From the IMG/VR virus record IMGVR_UViG_3300007513_001761, positions 49,249 through 113,248 of that record: a stretch of DNA of 64,000 nt; one strand, 5' to 3'. Positions 39,632 to 48,679 of the stretch are shown in pieces. Numbering within the stretch: the first letter of the stretch is position 1; the number at the start of each line of letters is the position of its first letter. The notes beneath the pieces are model-generated. The model saw nothing but the letters and a program-made list of their open reading frames with translations, made no database searches and had not been told where the DNA came from. This DNA comes from a virus. The position numbers and the translations under genes were made by a program.

Positions 39632-39877
39632 TTAAGAATGTGAAATTATTCTTATATTGTGCGTGATTTCAATTTTCCTTTGGCGCCCAGTATCGAACAT
39701 ATAGGCATATACATGAGGAAACATTCCCATCTGATAGTCGTCTTCTCGTTCAATCTTGTCAGTTACGACAATTCCATAACTTTCTTGCTCGATTTCCATT
39801 TCATAGCTCATTTGTCTTAAGCTAATCAAATCGCCCTTTTTAATTTCCCAAGTTACATGACTGTAATTACGGCTCAT
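39632..39877 (-). CDS. Small SH3/KOW-like protein (KKGDLI...YGIVV)
   Basis: Motif pattern. Confidence 0.55.
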   Translation of the reverse strand: MSRNYSHVTWEIKKGDLISLRQMSYEMEIEQESYGIVVTDKIEREDDYQMGMFPHVYAYMFDTGRQRKIEITHNIRIISHS

Positions 39878-40341
39878 AAGTTGTCAATTTCCTCTTGCAT
39901 CCACTCTTCGGCCATTTCGAAATTAGCGAAGATAGGCGAGAAGCCAGCGAGATATCGAGACGTGCCCATCTCCAAGAGTGCCCATTGCCACTTCCAGTCG
40001 CTCTCAGCACATAGGGTAAGGGCAGCACAGGCGTGCACCCCCGCTTCAATTTTCACGTCCTTTAGGCGCCCGCGCACGACGCGAGAACGTTTGCGCATGT
40101 CAGCTTCCTTGGTTAGTGATTGTCTTTCTTGCTCTCGCATTTGTGGCAAATCTCCTCTCAAGATGAGTACATGCGAATCGCGATATTTTTTACTAAATTT
40201 TTTTCTAACATTTTCGTTGTAATACTCATTCACCGTTTCCGGGTCACCATACTCAAACACATGAAAGGGAGCTTTAGCGCGTCTCCCGTTTTTAAAAAGC
40301 TTATACACATTCCAATTATAATTCAAAAGAACCTCCGTCAA
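39874..40341 (-). CDS. Hypothetical protein
   Basis: ORF track. Confidence 0.6.
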   Translation of the reverse strand: MTEVLLNYNWNVYKLFKNGRRAKAPFHVFEYGDPETVNEYYNENVRKKFSKKYRDSHVLILRGDLPQMREQERQSLTKEADMRKRSRVVRGRLKDVKIEAGVHACAALTLCAESDWKWQWALLEMGTSRYLAGFSPIFANFEMAEEWMQEEIDNL

Positions 40342-40615
40342 TAGATTGCCATTTTATTATACCAAGAATTATAGATAATTTCAACTGTTCTTCTTCCCAA
40401 AGTGAAAGTTTTAGAGCTTCATTGGTGCGGAATTGGCCTCCACGCTCTCCACTTGTCCACTTGATTTCCCAAAAATATAAATCGTCTTGAAGGATGTCGA
40501 TTCGACGTTCGCGCTTAAGCAAGAAACCTATCGCGTTAGTAGAAGCATCAATTATCACATCGCCAACAGCGAGAGTGATTTGATTTAGTTCTTCTTTAAG
40601 TGCATCGATTGTCAT
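40316..40615 (-). CDS. Small SH3/KOW-like protein (AVGDVI...IGFL)
   Basis: Similar to neighbour 40626-40895. Confidence 0.6.
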   Translation of the reverse strand: MTIDALKEELNQITLAVGDVIIDASTNAIGFLLKRERRIDILQDDLYFWEIKWTSGERGGQFRTNEALKLSLWEEEQLKLSIILGIIKWQSIDGGSFEL

Positions 40616-40625
40616 GCATTAATTA

Positions 40626-40895
40626 TCACCCAGGTGCACTTAAAACGCATGTTTCTATTAAAAGAATTAATCCTTCTTCGGTATAGGTTTGCAAGCGATC
40701 CAGTGGCCATGGTCCAGGACCCACCCAAAAAATATCCCAGACCCACACAACTCCCGCCTCATAATTGATTTCTTCCATAACCAAGACTAAATCGTCATCT
40801 TCTTCGAAGATGTTATATCGTCTGACTAGCACGCCGATTTCTCTCGCAGCGTGGTCTATAAGTATGTCGCCAGATTTAAGGGGTTTTTGCTCCAT
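40626..40895 (-). CDS. Small SH3/KOW-like protein (KSGDIL...IGVL)
   Basis: Similar to neighbour 40316-40615. Confidence 0.6.
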   Translation of the reverse strand: MEQKPLKSGDILIDHAAREIGVLVRRYNIFEEDDDLVLVMEEINYEAGVVWVWDIFWVGPGPWPLDRLQTYTEEGLILLIETCVLSAPG

Positions 40896-41151
40896 GCATG
40901 CGAACTCTCAACCAATTAGGTTCTTCGTTGATGCAAGATGCAATTTGTGTATATGTATTGTCGCTCGCATCAACTATACATATGTTGTTCGGGCCCTTAA
41001 TCGGCACAATGTTCGAATCCGAAGTGTTTCTAAACATATTTGCGGCAAAATTGACAGCAGTTGTGGGTCGATCTTCCACAATCGGTCTCTCCGCATAATC
41101 AAAACCAAATAAAAAAGCGGCTACTAAGCCAAACATGGTTAAAAGTTTCAT
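40876..41151 (-). CDS. Hypothetical secreted protein
   Basis: Signal-like N-terminus, GAGG RBS. Confidence 0.55.
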   Translation of the reverse strand: MKLLTMFGLVAAFLFGFDYAERPIVEDRPTTAVNFAANMFRNTSDSNIVPIKGPNNICIVDASDNTYTQIASCINEEPNWLRVRMHGAKTP

Positions 41152-41166
41152 TTTTTACAATCCTCG

Positions 41167-41361
41167 TTATACTACTTTGTAATGACCATAATTAGTCCAC
41201 ATAATCCAAGCATCCTTTTTAATTTTCGGAAATCGAACATACATCATTTTAGTTTCTCGATTGACTTCCAACACAAAACCAAGCGAGCGCTTTTGTTTTG
41301 TCATATCTTTGACAAAGTCGCCTTTCTTGGCAATTTTAAAAGGGGCAGCAAACGGATCCAT
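41167..41361 (-). CDS. Small SH3/KOW-like protein (KKGDFV...LGFV)
   Basis: Start reassigned to MDPFAA. Confidence 0.55.
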   Translation of the reverse strand: MDPFAAPFKIAKKGDFVKDMTKQKRSLGFVLEVNRETKMMYVRFPKIKKDAWIMWTNYGHYKVV

Positions 41362-41362
41362 T

Positions 41363-41632
41363 CTATACCTTAATGCGATCAATAATATACGGATGATGGA
41401 ACGACAAATCTTTGTACAACTTCTTGATGACCTTCTTGGCAATTTCGCCAATGTCTTCTTTCGTCTTTTTAGAGTCCAAAGCTTTTGCTAGTTCGTCTTC
41501 TAAAGCTTTCTTTAGCTCCTTTTGGAAAGAATTGTCCAATTCCTTGGAAATCATTTTTTTGATTTCGGCCTTATCGGTCTTGGTCAATTCTTCCACAATG
41601 AGTTGCTTGAGTCGTTGTTCAGTTAATCGCAT
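41363..41632 (-). CDS. Small helical protein with RLKQLIVEE N-terminus
   Basis: ORF track; CTATTTA motif upstream. Confidence 0.65.
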   Translation of the reverse strand: MRLTEQRLKQLIVEELTKTDKAEIKKMISKELDNSFQKELKKALEDELAKALDSKKTKEDIGEIAKKVIKKLYKDLSFHHPYIIDRIKV

Positions 41633-41676
41633 TCCATCACACCTTTAAACAGTATACCATAAATAGTTCGCAAAAG

Positions 41677-41928
41677 CTATTGGGAATCAGATTTTTTATC
41701 AGCAATTTTCTGAAGGATTAGATCGTACTTATCCGAGGGTAGATCAGAGAGGTAGTCAGCCACCACATTAGACGCCGCCTCTATGTACACAGTACCCTGG
41801 TCATCGCAATAAGGGCACGCAGCCCACCTACCGGGCTCCATCGCATTGTAATAGCCTCCAGCGCTGAAATGGCCGCCCCCCGAACACATTGTACACTTAA
41901 TTCGAACATACAGCTTATCTAAAGGCAT
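41677..41928 (-). CDS. DnaJ-type Zn-finger small protein
   Basis: CTMCSGGG...CPYCDDQG. Confidence 0.6.
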   Translation of the reverse strand: MPLDKLYVRIKCTMCSGGGHFSAGGYYNAMEPGRWAACPYCDDQGTVYIEAASNVVADYLSDLPSDKYDLILQKIADKKSDSQ

Positions 41929-41939
41929 ACTGTAAGTAA

Positions 41940-42239
41940 CTATGGCATTGGATACCTTTTACGCACTACGCGGTGTGGAACAAGACGATTATCTAAATTG
42001 TATATGCGCACGTCTCCATCCGGCATACGCACCACTGTGCCCACCCACTCGCATATAAAGATATTACGCGGGTCTGTAATGATTCTCGTGGCCGAACCAT
42101 TGTTCGCGCAATGCGCGGGTGCGGAGGCGCCGGATTTACCACTGATTAGTGACCAATAAATAGGTGCACGGCACATTGGGCACATAGGCACCAATTCGAA
42201 CCGTTCGCCCGTTTCCTTCCTCACATACGCGCGCTTCAT
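41940..42239 (-). CDS. Zn-ribbon hypothetical protein
   Basis: CPMC...C...C. Confidence 0.5.
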   Translation of the reverse strand: MKRAYVRKETGERFELVPMCPMCRAPIYWSLISGKSGASAPAHCANNGSATRIITDPRNIFICEWVGTVVRMPDGDVRIYNLDNRLVPHRVVRKRYPMP

Positions 42240-42248
42240 TCATACTAA

Positions 42249-42521
42249 CTATGCGCGGTTCACCAATCTTAGGAACCTGGCGCTATTAATTCTCGCTTTT
42301 TCCTGGTATATGTTTGTATCCCTAAACCAATACACTAATATGTTAGGGGTACCATTTTTATTTGTGCTCTCTCGCACTTCTAATACAATCCCATACGGCT
42401 GCGGGATCGTATACTTATTGATATCGTTGTCTTCTCCGAGTAACGGATCCCCTATACTATACGCTCTATACGTTCTCGTTACTAGGTCTCCGACCTTGAA
42501 TTTCTTCTTCTTGATGCTCAT
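42249..42521 (-). CDS. Small SH3/KOW-like protein (FKVGDLV)
   Basis: FKVGDLV...YGIV...VYW. Confidence 0.65.
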   Translation of the reverse strand: MSIKKKKFKVGDLVTRTYRAYSIGDPLLGEDNDINKYTIPQPYGIVLEVRESTNKNGTPNILVYWFRDTNIYQEKARINSARFLRLVNRA

Positions 42522-42791
42522 GTTTGTATAGGTATCTGTTCTCGACCTCTGTATTAAGTAGTCTCTCGCACTCCGGACATCTCGCCGGCAATTCCCTCAC
42601 TGTGCCTGTGCGGCAGTGTGCGCATGTGTAGCTCATGATACCCTCCTTAGTATGTATCCATCATACCACAAAATGCGGGGGTGTGCAAGTCCTAGTTTTC
42701 AGTTTTTTATAATCTGAAATTTTTAGGCGCGTATCGAGAACGGGCCATACCACGGCATGGCACGGTGCGTCTATGCAGGGACATAGATCCC

Positions 42792-42811
42792 GGAGGGGAG
42801 GGGGAGGGGGG
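42792..42811 (+). repeat. Homopurine tract GGAGGGGAGGGGGAGGGGGG at the early/late boundary
   Basis: Directly visible; lies in a gene-poor interval. Confidence 0.8.
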
Positions 42812-43639
42812 TACTACCGCATAGCTGACGTTGCAAGCGCATTACTAGCGATGTTAAGTGAGTGTCAAGTGTTACGGTTGTAAAGTATATGTCATTTGTT
42901 ACTGTATACGTTGTTATACAATACTCTTATATACACTAACGCAATGATAGTACCCCAGAATGTAATGTTAGTTGGTAACTGTAATAGCTTTTTAATATAT
43001 CTTTTTGTATTACTCTCGGACATTTTCCTACTCTCCCTCAATGTATATAGTGTAACTCTCGCACACACGGCCCCATCGCAACGCTGTCACAAAAAAGCGC
43101 GAAAGAAAAAGGCGTGAGATTACAGCTACTTAGTTAACGTTCGCCTTAAGGGGAGACGATTAGTTCTGCTGTTGGTATGCCAATGGTGAACGACAGCACA
43201 GCCGTGGCCACTAAGACCGCACACAAGACCAACGCACCAACGCCGTCTACGATTGTATCGGTATCACGCATAGTGATTCTCCTTTATAGTATATGTTTTG
43301 ATAGGGTGAAAGCTCATACGGTAGCGTATACATAGTTATACGGACAGTAAAAGACTTGACAAAAGATTGCGCTTGACATGCGGTGGGTATATGTATATGG
43401 CCCCCTCGCACAACTCCCACAATACTATTACAAATATAATCACATAACAAACGCAATCCCTTTATGTACTTCGGGCTATTCATTACCTATATCCACTTTG
43501 TTTAATGTTGTGTTAAATGCTACTCTCACACAAAAGCCTCTACCTGTCCATTCTCTGAATGCATTAATAGCATCATCTATAGCTGTGAATGTATTGAACA
43601 GTGTACCGTTAATGAATAGCTGATGTACCATATATATTT

Positions 43640-43912
43640 TTATACCTCTCGGAACTTTGTCTTGTTACCATGACGCCACAACTTTACAATCTCGCCGTGC
43701 GGAGTTAAAACTTTATAGCGGTGTTCTCCGTCTTCGCCCATACACAAGAACACATCGCCATCGGTGTAAATGTGTACGTTGGATCGTATTGAGTTATCAG
43801 TAGATGTATTCGCTAGCGCGCCGTACATGGTTCGCATCCACTTCTCGTGTTTGTTCTTTTGTAACCCTTGCAACATATACAAGTTGCCAAGTTTCATCTG
43901 TAGTCTATTCAT
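43640..43912 (-). CDS. Hypothetical protein
   Basis: Likely start MNRLQM. Confidence 0.5.
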   Translation of the reverse strand: MNRLQMKLGNLYMLQGLQKNKHEKWMRTMYGALANTSTDNSIRSNVHIYTDGDVFLCMGEDGEHRYKVLTPHGEIVKLWRHGNKTKFREV

Positions 43913-44011
43913 AACGTTGCCTTTATTAAGTTGCCTGCGAATGTTACAATCTCTACTCTGTACTCCCAAAGTACGATTGTAATCGCGGCTGTGATTAGTC
44001 TGTCTACCATT

Positions 44012-44969
44012 TTATTCTCCCTTTTGTACTCTCATATGTTTTAGTAATGACTTGTCGAACAGTCGAGGTTGACTGTCACCAACTAACAATACTTTGTGAT
44101 TCTCTATTACAACTCCATCGGTGCGGTTGATCCGATTGATGCCCAGATAGATACCTGTGCGTCGGTTAATGTCTCGGCAATGGCCATTGATGTAATCAAG
44201 TTTGAATAGTTCACCGGGTTTCATTAATCACCTCTAAATCTCTATCCAAAACGCGGCGAGGGGCGCGGTTGCCGATGAAGTGAACCTCAAGCAAAGTGTG
44301 CGCACCCTGGATGTGCGTCTGATCAAACTTACGCAAGATAAGGCCAACAGAACCAGCAGGTAAAAGGATTGAACTGCGCGTTATTCTCACTAAATCACCG
44401 GGCTGCATTGATAACCTCCAACCACTTAATAGGTTCCCATGATATCTCTTGATCTTGAATCCAATAAACTTTAACGCGCGGTCGTGTACTCGGATCAACA
44501 CGCAGCGCACCATTAGCGGTAGTCTGTAAAACAACACCGAGAGGCACGATCTTTTCATCACAAGGAAACTTTACCAGATCACCGACTTTCATTTTTTACC
44601 ACCTCGATGTCGTCAACGTTTGCAATCTGAACGCAACCGTTACCCCACGCAACGAGCCAGTGGTGTACGCCCTCAAGCAGATATAGCCCCATGTCCGCGT
44701 CTGCTGGGCGAACAAGCACACCAAGTGTACCACCATAAAGGGTCCACAGCGGATCGGTCTCAATCTCTCTAACCAGATCACCGACTTTCATTTAGAACCT
44801 CCACATCGCACAGAGCAGCCGAACACCAGCGCCCATCGGAAAGCTGCACATCGATGATTGTGTTTGACTCTTCTTCTGCGTCAATCACCATTGCAATGCC
44901 GATCACATACTGACCGCCATGGCGTGCGTTGGCGCGCCGATAGACGCGAACCAGATCACCGACTTTCAT
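44012..44969 (-). repeat. Cassette run 1: five chained GDLV mini-genes (44012-44224, 44211-44408, 44395-44592, 44579-44791, 44778-44969)
   Basis: Each begins M(K/Q)(V/P)G(D/E)L; successive genes overlap by exactly 14 nt. Confidence 0.88.
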
Positions 44970-45270
44970 TTTTTACCCCCTCGATGTGACGGCAACGACG
45001 CCGAAACTGATAGCCGGGACACGAGCAACGCCATGCGCCGCCGAACTCTTCCACCCGGTACGTCGCACCCTTGGAGCCTGTCACGGTCCACCGCTGCATC
45101 TGCGTGGCCGTCTCGCTCGGAGCGTTCCACGTCATGTACTTGGGAAGGTCTGCGCGAGTTGTGCCATCGGGCACAGGGATCCACGTCCCACCGCTGATCG
45201 CGTACAACTGCCCGTCCAGCATGCGGGACAGGATCGGGTTCCATGGAACGGTGACGGGTTTATCGGTCAT
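44956..45270 (-). CDS. SWIM zinc-finger protein using the same 14-nt junction
   Basis: V.GSKG..Y.V...WRCSCPGYQFRRRCRH; ends KNESR. Confidence 0.8.
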   Translation of the reverse strand: MTDKPVTVPWNPILSRMLDGQLYAISGGTWIPVPDGTTRADLPKYMTWNAPSETATQMQRWTVTGSKGATYRVEEFGGAWRCSCPGYQFRRRCRHIEGVKNESR

Positions 45271-45496
45271 TGATAGCCTCAAAATAATGTACGTTAAAGG
45301 TTTCTTTTCGGCTACCTGCCAAGAAGGTGGCCATCGGGTTGCCAGACAAACAGGTAGAAAGGCTCACCAGTACGCCGACCGTGCCGTGCAAGGCTGTGAA
45401 GGAGCCGCTCCCAGACCGGGATCCGCTGCTGATGTCTTTGAAGCGAACGAGATCGCCCACTTTCAGTCCGGTATCGTTTTCAAAATATGGGTTCAT
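45260..45496 (-). CDS. GDLV mini-protein
   Basis: MNPYFENDTGLKVGDLV...FEAINDR. Confidence 0.7.
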   Translation of the reverse strand: MNPYFENDTGLKVGDLVRFKDISSGSRSGSGSFTALHGTVGVLVSLSTCLSGNPMATFLAGSRKETFNVHYFEAINDR

Positions 45497-45702
45497 GCTT
45501 GGGCAACCTCGGAGATTTCGGCAGCAAAGAGCAACGCATTCACGCGCTGCATGTTTGTTTGCACTGCATCGTTGGGCGGTGTGGCCAAGTCGGCATAGAT
45601 GGCAAGCTGGAGCACCAGCACGTTGCACGCAGCAGCTTGCTGCTCCATGGGCGTGAGTGCCTTTGGGGCGTTGCTGGCGGAAAGGGTCAGGTCGCTGAAC
45701 AT
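45493..45702 (-). CDS. Hypothetical helical protein
   Basis: GAGG RBS; first gene after promoter copy 1. Confidence 0.55.
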   Translation of the reverse strand: MFSDLTLSASNAPKALTPMEQQAAACNVLVLQLAIYADLATPPNDAVQTNMQRVNALLFAAEISEVAQA

Positions 45703-45745
45703 GTAAATCCTCGGGGGGTGCGGGCAAATCTCTAACTTATGATCT

Positions 45746-45798
45746 ATTATCTCATATGCGAGCGAGAAAAGCAAGCCGATCCTGTCAAGAGAATGTCA
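45746..45798 (-). promoter_or_regulatory. Composite promoter copy 1
   Basis: TGACA-N6-TGACA-N8-TTGCTT-N17-GATAAT. Confidence 0.8.
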
Positions 45799-46020
45799 AG
45801 TCACAGCCTCCAACCACATCGGGTGAAAACACAGGATCTTCGCGCCAAACTGGACATGGTACAGATCCCTGTTTTTATGCCGTCTCTCTGATCTGACGAC
45901 TTCCACAACCAGACCGGTCCTGCTCTCTGGGAGCATCGGATCGTGGGTGCCGTCAATCACCCGAACCAGATCGCCAACGGCGAAAGGTTTATTCGTCTTC
46001 GTCGGTGTAGTAGCCATCAA
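45796..46020 (-). CDS. GDLV mini-protein
   Basis: FAVGDLV...GLVV...LEAV; stop is the TGA of the promoter box. Confidence 0.75.
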   Translation of the reverse strand: MMATTPTKTNKPFAVGDLVRVIDGTHDPMLPESRTGLVVEVVRSERRHKNRDLYHVQFGAKILCFHPMWLEAVT

Positions 46021-46198
46021 GGTTTGTTTGGGAAGAGGACAAGGGCATTCGATAAACCATCTCGTCCTGAATGAAATAGGCGTGCTGCTCCATATCGGGC
46101 AAATAAGCTAGGATATGGTCAAGTAGTTCTTTGAGTTTCTCAATCTCTTCTTCGTTGCGCATGCGCCGGTAGTCGTCAAGGTTTATTAGCTCGCCCAT
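45989..46198 (-). CDS. Hypothetical protein
   Basis: Start MGELINLDDYR with GAGG RBS. Confidence 0.6.
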   Translation of the reverse strand: MGELINLDDYRRMRNEEEIEKLKELLDHILAYLPDMEQHAYFIQDEMVYRMPLSSSQTNLDGYYTDEDE

Positions 46199-46503
46199 CA
46201 GAAAGGCACCTCTAAATAGGGGTCTTGCGTGAAGGGTGTCGCCTCGAAGATAATCGGCAACATGACGAGAGTAACCCCGGAACGCATGGCCAAGCCGACG
46301 TGACAACTTGTGGTCTGAGACTTGAAGGCGTTGCCGCCTGCCATGTACTCGGCCACAATGGTGCCGCCCATGCTTGTACGATGTCCGATCTTGAGATGGT
46401 AGGAATAAAGGTTTGTTCCGTCTGTGCTCATGGTGCAACGTCCATTGCGTGCGCGCTCTCCGCGCTTCCATGCTTCAATAACTCCTTGATTGGTGGTTCT
46501 CAT
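46198..46503 (-). CDS. Hypothetical phage protein
   Basis: AGGAG RBS; LYSY...IG, SQTTSCH. Confidence 0.7.
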   Translation of the reverse strand: MRTTNQGVIEAWKRGERARNGRCTMSTDGTNLYSYHLKIGHRTSMGGTIVAEYMAGGNAFKSQTTSCHVGLAMRSGVTLVMLPIIFEATPFTQDPYLEVPF

Positions 46504-46515
46504 GGTTGTAACTCC

Positions 46516-47799
46516 TTAATCGACCGCAATGACGCGCTCGTTGGTTTCAAAGTAGGGACGATCCGCATATGCCTTCGTCGTCATCCACATACGCTGGCAT
46601 GCGCTGGGAATGGGCTTAGGAGCACACATATCGGTGAGGATGATGTGACCGTCAAAGTTGTTTTCGTTGACGTACTTGGTGGGTGCATCAAAACACGTCC
46701 CACCGCAAAGCACTCGTTCCCATGCGCGGGTCTGTCCACGCTTCCAAGTATAAATCTTGTCCTCTGCAACGGCAGAATCAAAGGGGATCACCGTGAACTC
46801 TGCGATCTCGGCCAACTCGTTCAACTCGTTGAAAAACGCCGCCAGCATGCCGTCATCCACCGATCCGCTCTGATCAATGCTGATCGCGATCTTGGCGTGG
46901 CGACGGACGCGCTTGCCAGGATGGATCTTGGGGAAGCGACGGTTGATCCGTCGTGGCGTCGAGCGCCGATCAGCGCGTTGGGAAGTTTTAACGAAGTACC
47001 GCAGCACCTTGCGCCAGTCCACGCGGGTCTGGATGCGCTCAAGAATGTCTTTGCGCATGGATGCAGACACGGATCCCCAGCTACGAGCCTTTTCGGCTTC
47101 TTCTGCTGCCTTCTTGATCGCGTCCTTCAATCGCTCCGTGGCGATGTCTTTGGCAGTGCCTTCGGCATCACCGAACTGCTCGTGTGAATCAAAGCTATCG
47201 GCACCACCGAACGGATCGCCGTTGCCAGGCTGACCGGGCTGGCCACCTTCACCGGGCTGACCTTCGCCCGGCTGGCCTTCGCCGCCGCCGTCGCCTTCAC
47301 CTTCGCCCATCTTCTTGAGGGCTTCCAGATACCACTCGTAGGTCTGGTTGGCTGGCAGGTCGGCAAATGGACCTTCGCCCGGAATGCAACCCTTCATAGG
47401 CTCGCCGTTAATGTCCGGTCCTGGGTCGGTCTCACCTGGCAGCTTGCCGATCATTTCGGGCAAGCCGTTGATGGCCAAGTCCATCGCGATATTGTCGATG
47501 CGCTTCAAGCCGTCGATGGGCTTGCGACCGGTCACATGCTCAAAGATGATGTGATAGAACTCGTGCATGAGAACGCCCAGCTTGTGCTCGTCCTTCAAAG
47601 CGCCCATAAAAGAAGGGTTATAAAGAAGCTCAAACTGCTGCCGTTCTGGGTTCACGCGCACGCCCGCAGTCGGGATCGCAGTTGATGCGGTCTTGTCAAT
47701 CCGACGCGACAACGCAGCAAAAAACGGCTCTTGCATCAGCAAGCGCGCGGTGTGCATGTTCAAGTTGAAGGGGGTTTTAGTTGCGTTGTCGTCGTTCAT
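46516..47799 (-). CDS. HExxH metallopeptidase-VWA protein (DUF2201-like)
   Basis: MHEFYH, NIAMDLAIN, Gly/Glu linker, IDQSGS, GGT.F, LTD. Confidence 0.9.
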   Translation of the reverse strand: MNDDNATKTPFNLNMHTARLLMQEPFFAALSRRIDKTASTAIPTAGVRVNPERQQFELLYNPSFMGALKDEHKLGVLMHEFYHIIFEHVTGRKPIDGLKRIDNIAMDLAINGLPEMIGKLPGETDPGPDINGEPMKGCIPGEGPFADLPANQTYEWYLEALKKMGEGEGDGGGEGQPGEGQPGEGGQPGQPGNGDPFGGADSFDSHEQFGDAEGTAKDIATERLKDAIKKAAEEAEKARSWGSVSASMRKDILERIQTRVDWRKVLRYFVKTSQRADRRSTPRRINRRFPKIHPGKRVRRHAKIAISIDQSGSVDDGMLAAFFNELNELAEIAEFTVIPFDSAVAEDKIYTWKRGQTRAWERVLCGGTCFDAPTKYVNENNFDGHIILTDMCAPKPIPSACQRMWMTTKAYADRPYFETNERVIAVD

Positions 47800-47819
47800 T
47801 TCCTTACCTCACTATACTA

Positions 47820-47872
47820 AGTATAGCAGTTGAACGGTTTGAAGTCAATAGTTTCGTGTCAAGAGAATGTCA
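47820..47872 (-). promoter_or_regulatory. Composite promoter copy 2
   Basis: TGACA-N6-TGACA-N8-TTGACT-N17-TATACT. Confidence 0.88.
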
Positions 47873-48154
47873 AGACTCATTTTTCTCGTCATCGTCTGCC
47901 ATGATCTCAGCGACCTCGGCCACCGTTAGCTGACGATCAGCCTTCCGGCGCTTGTTGTACTCGCGCAACAGGCGGTTGTACCGCTTGGAGTTGGGCTTAC
48001 AAACATGGATATGAGGCACTCCGATCCGGCTCATGCGCCGGAACATCTCGCGCGTTGCCTGCTCCGTGTCAGGGCGCGTTAGTGGCACCTCGGTTGCAAC
48101 AGGTTTGCCATCGACGATGGCCACAGACGTTTGACTCACATACCACTTGCTCAA
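47870..48154 (-). CDS. Hypothetical protein
   Basis: AGGAG RBS, TTG start; stop lies inside promoter box. Confidence 0.65.
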   Translation of the reverse strand: MSKWYVSQTSVAIVDGKPVATEVPLTRPDTEQATREMFRRMSRIGVPHIHVCKPNSKRYNRLLREYNKRRKADRQLTVAEVAEIMADDDEKNES

Positions 48155-48183
48155 GATAAGCTCCTTTCTCTAGCTGATGATCT

Positions 48184-48236
48184 ATTATCTCATTTTTTGA
48201 CCTAAAAGTCAACCTCCACATGTCAGGAGAATGTCA
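48184..48236 (-). promoter_or_regulatory. Composite promoter copy 3
   Basis: TGACA-N6-TGACA-N8-TTGACT-N17-GATAAT. Confidence 0.85.
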
Positions 48237-48241
48237 AAGGT

Positions 48242-48454
48242 CTAAGGTTTGTTTGGGGTGTAATACTTGGCGCGCACTTCGATGTCCTTCATCCAAAAGT
48301 ATCGACCCTCTTGAAAGAGCCGGTAGATCCTGCGTGGTTGCTTGATGTTGCCGTACTCGTGTAGGTAGTCATCATTGACCTCGGTCACAATCGCCGGTTG
48401 ACCGGTCTTGTACTGGATGAGGAGCGCGCCAAGCTCAAAGGTTTGTTTGCTCAT
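48242..48454 (-). CDS. Divergent GDLV-type mini-protein (FELGALL)
   Basis: Motif pattern. Confidence 0.6.
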   Translation of the reverse strand: MSKQTFELGALLIQYKTGQPAIVTEVNDDYLHEYGNIKQPRRIYRLFQEGRYFWMKDIEVRAKYYTPNKP

Positions 48455-48678
48455 AGCTTCTCGCCTGGCACACGCATGAGGACATCGCCGTGGAAGATCA
48501 TGGACTTCCTACTTTTCAACCAGCGCACGGTGTAGCGGGCACGATAGGGTTTCTCAGTTATAACCTCGGTTATCATCCCTGGCCCGCTGGTTTCCGTGAA
48601 CGCCTGGTCAGGCGACCCTCTTGCAAGGCGGTTGGTCAGATAGACCAACTCGCCCAAAGAGAAGGTTGGATCAGACAT
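48451..48678 (-). CDS. GDLV-type mini-protein (FSLGELV)
   Basis: GMITEV...YTVRW. Confidence 0.65.
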   Translation of the reverse strand: MSDPTFSLGELVYLTNRLARGSPDQAFTETSGPGMITEVITEKPYRARYTVRWLKSRKSMIFHGDVLMRVPGEKL

Positions 48679-48679
48679 T

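Noticed and set aside
42852-42867. TGTTA-N6-TGTCA as a 14th composite promoter
   Set aside because: No -35/-10 at the fixed spacing.
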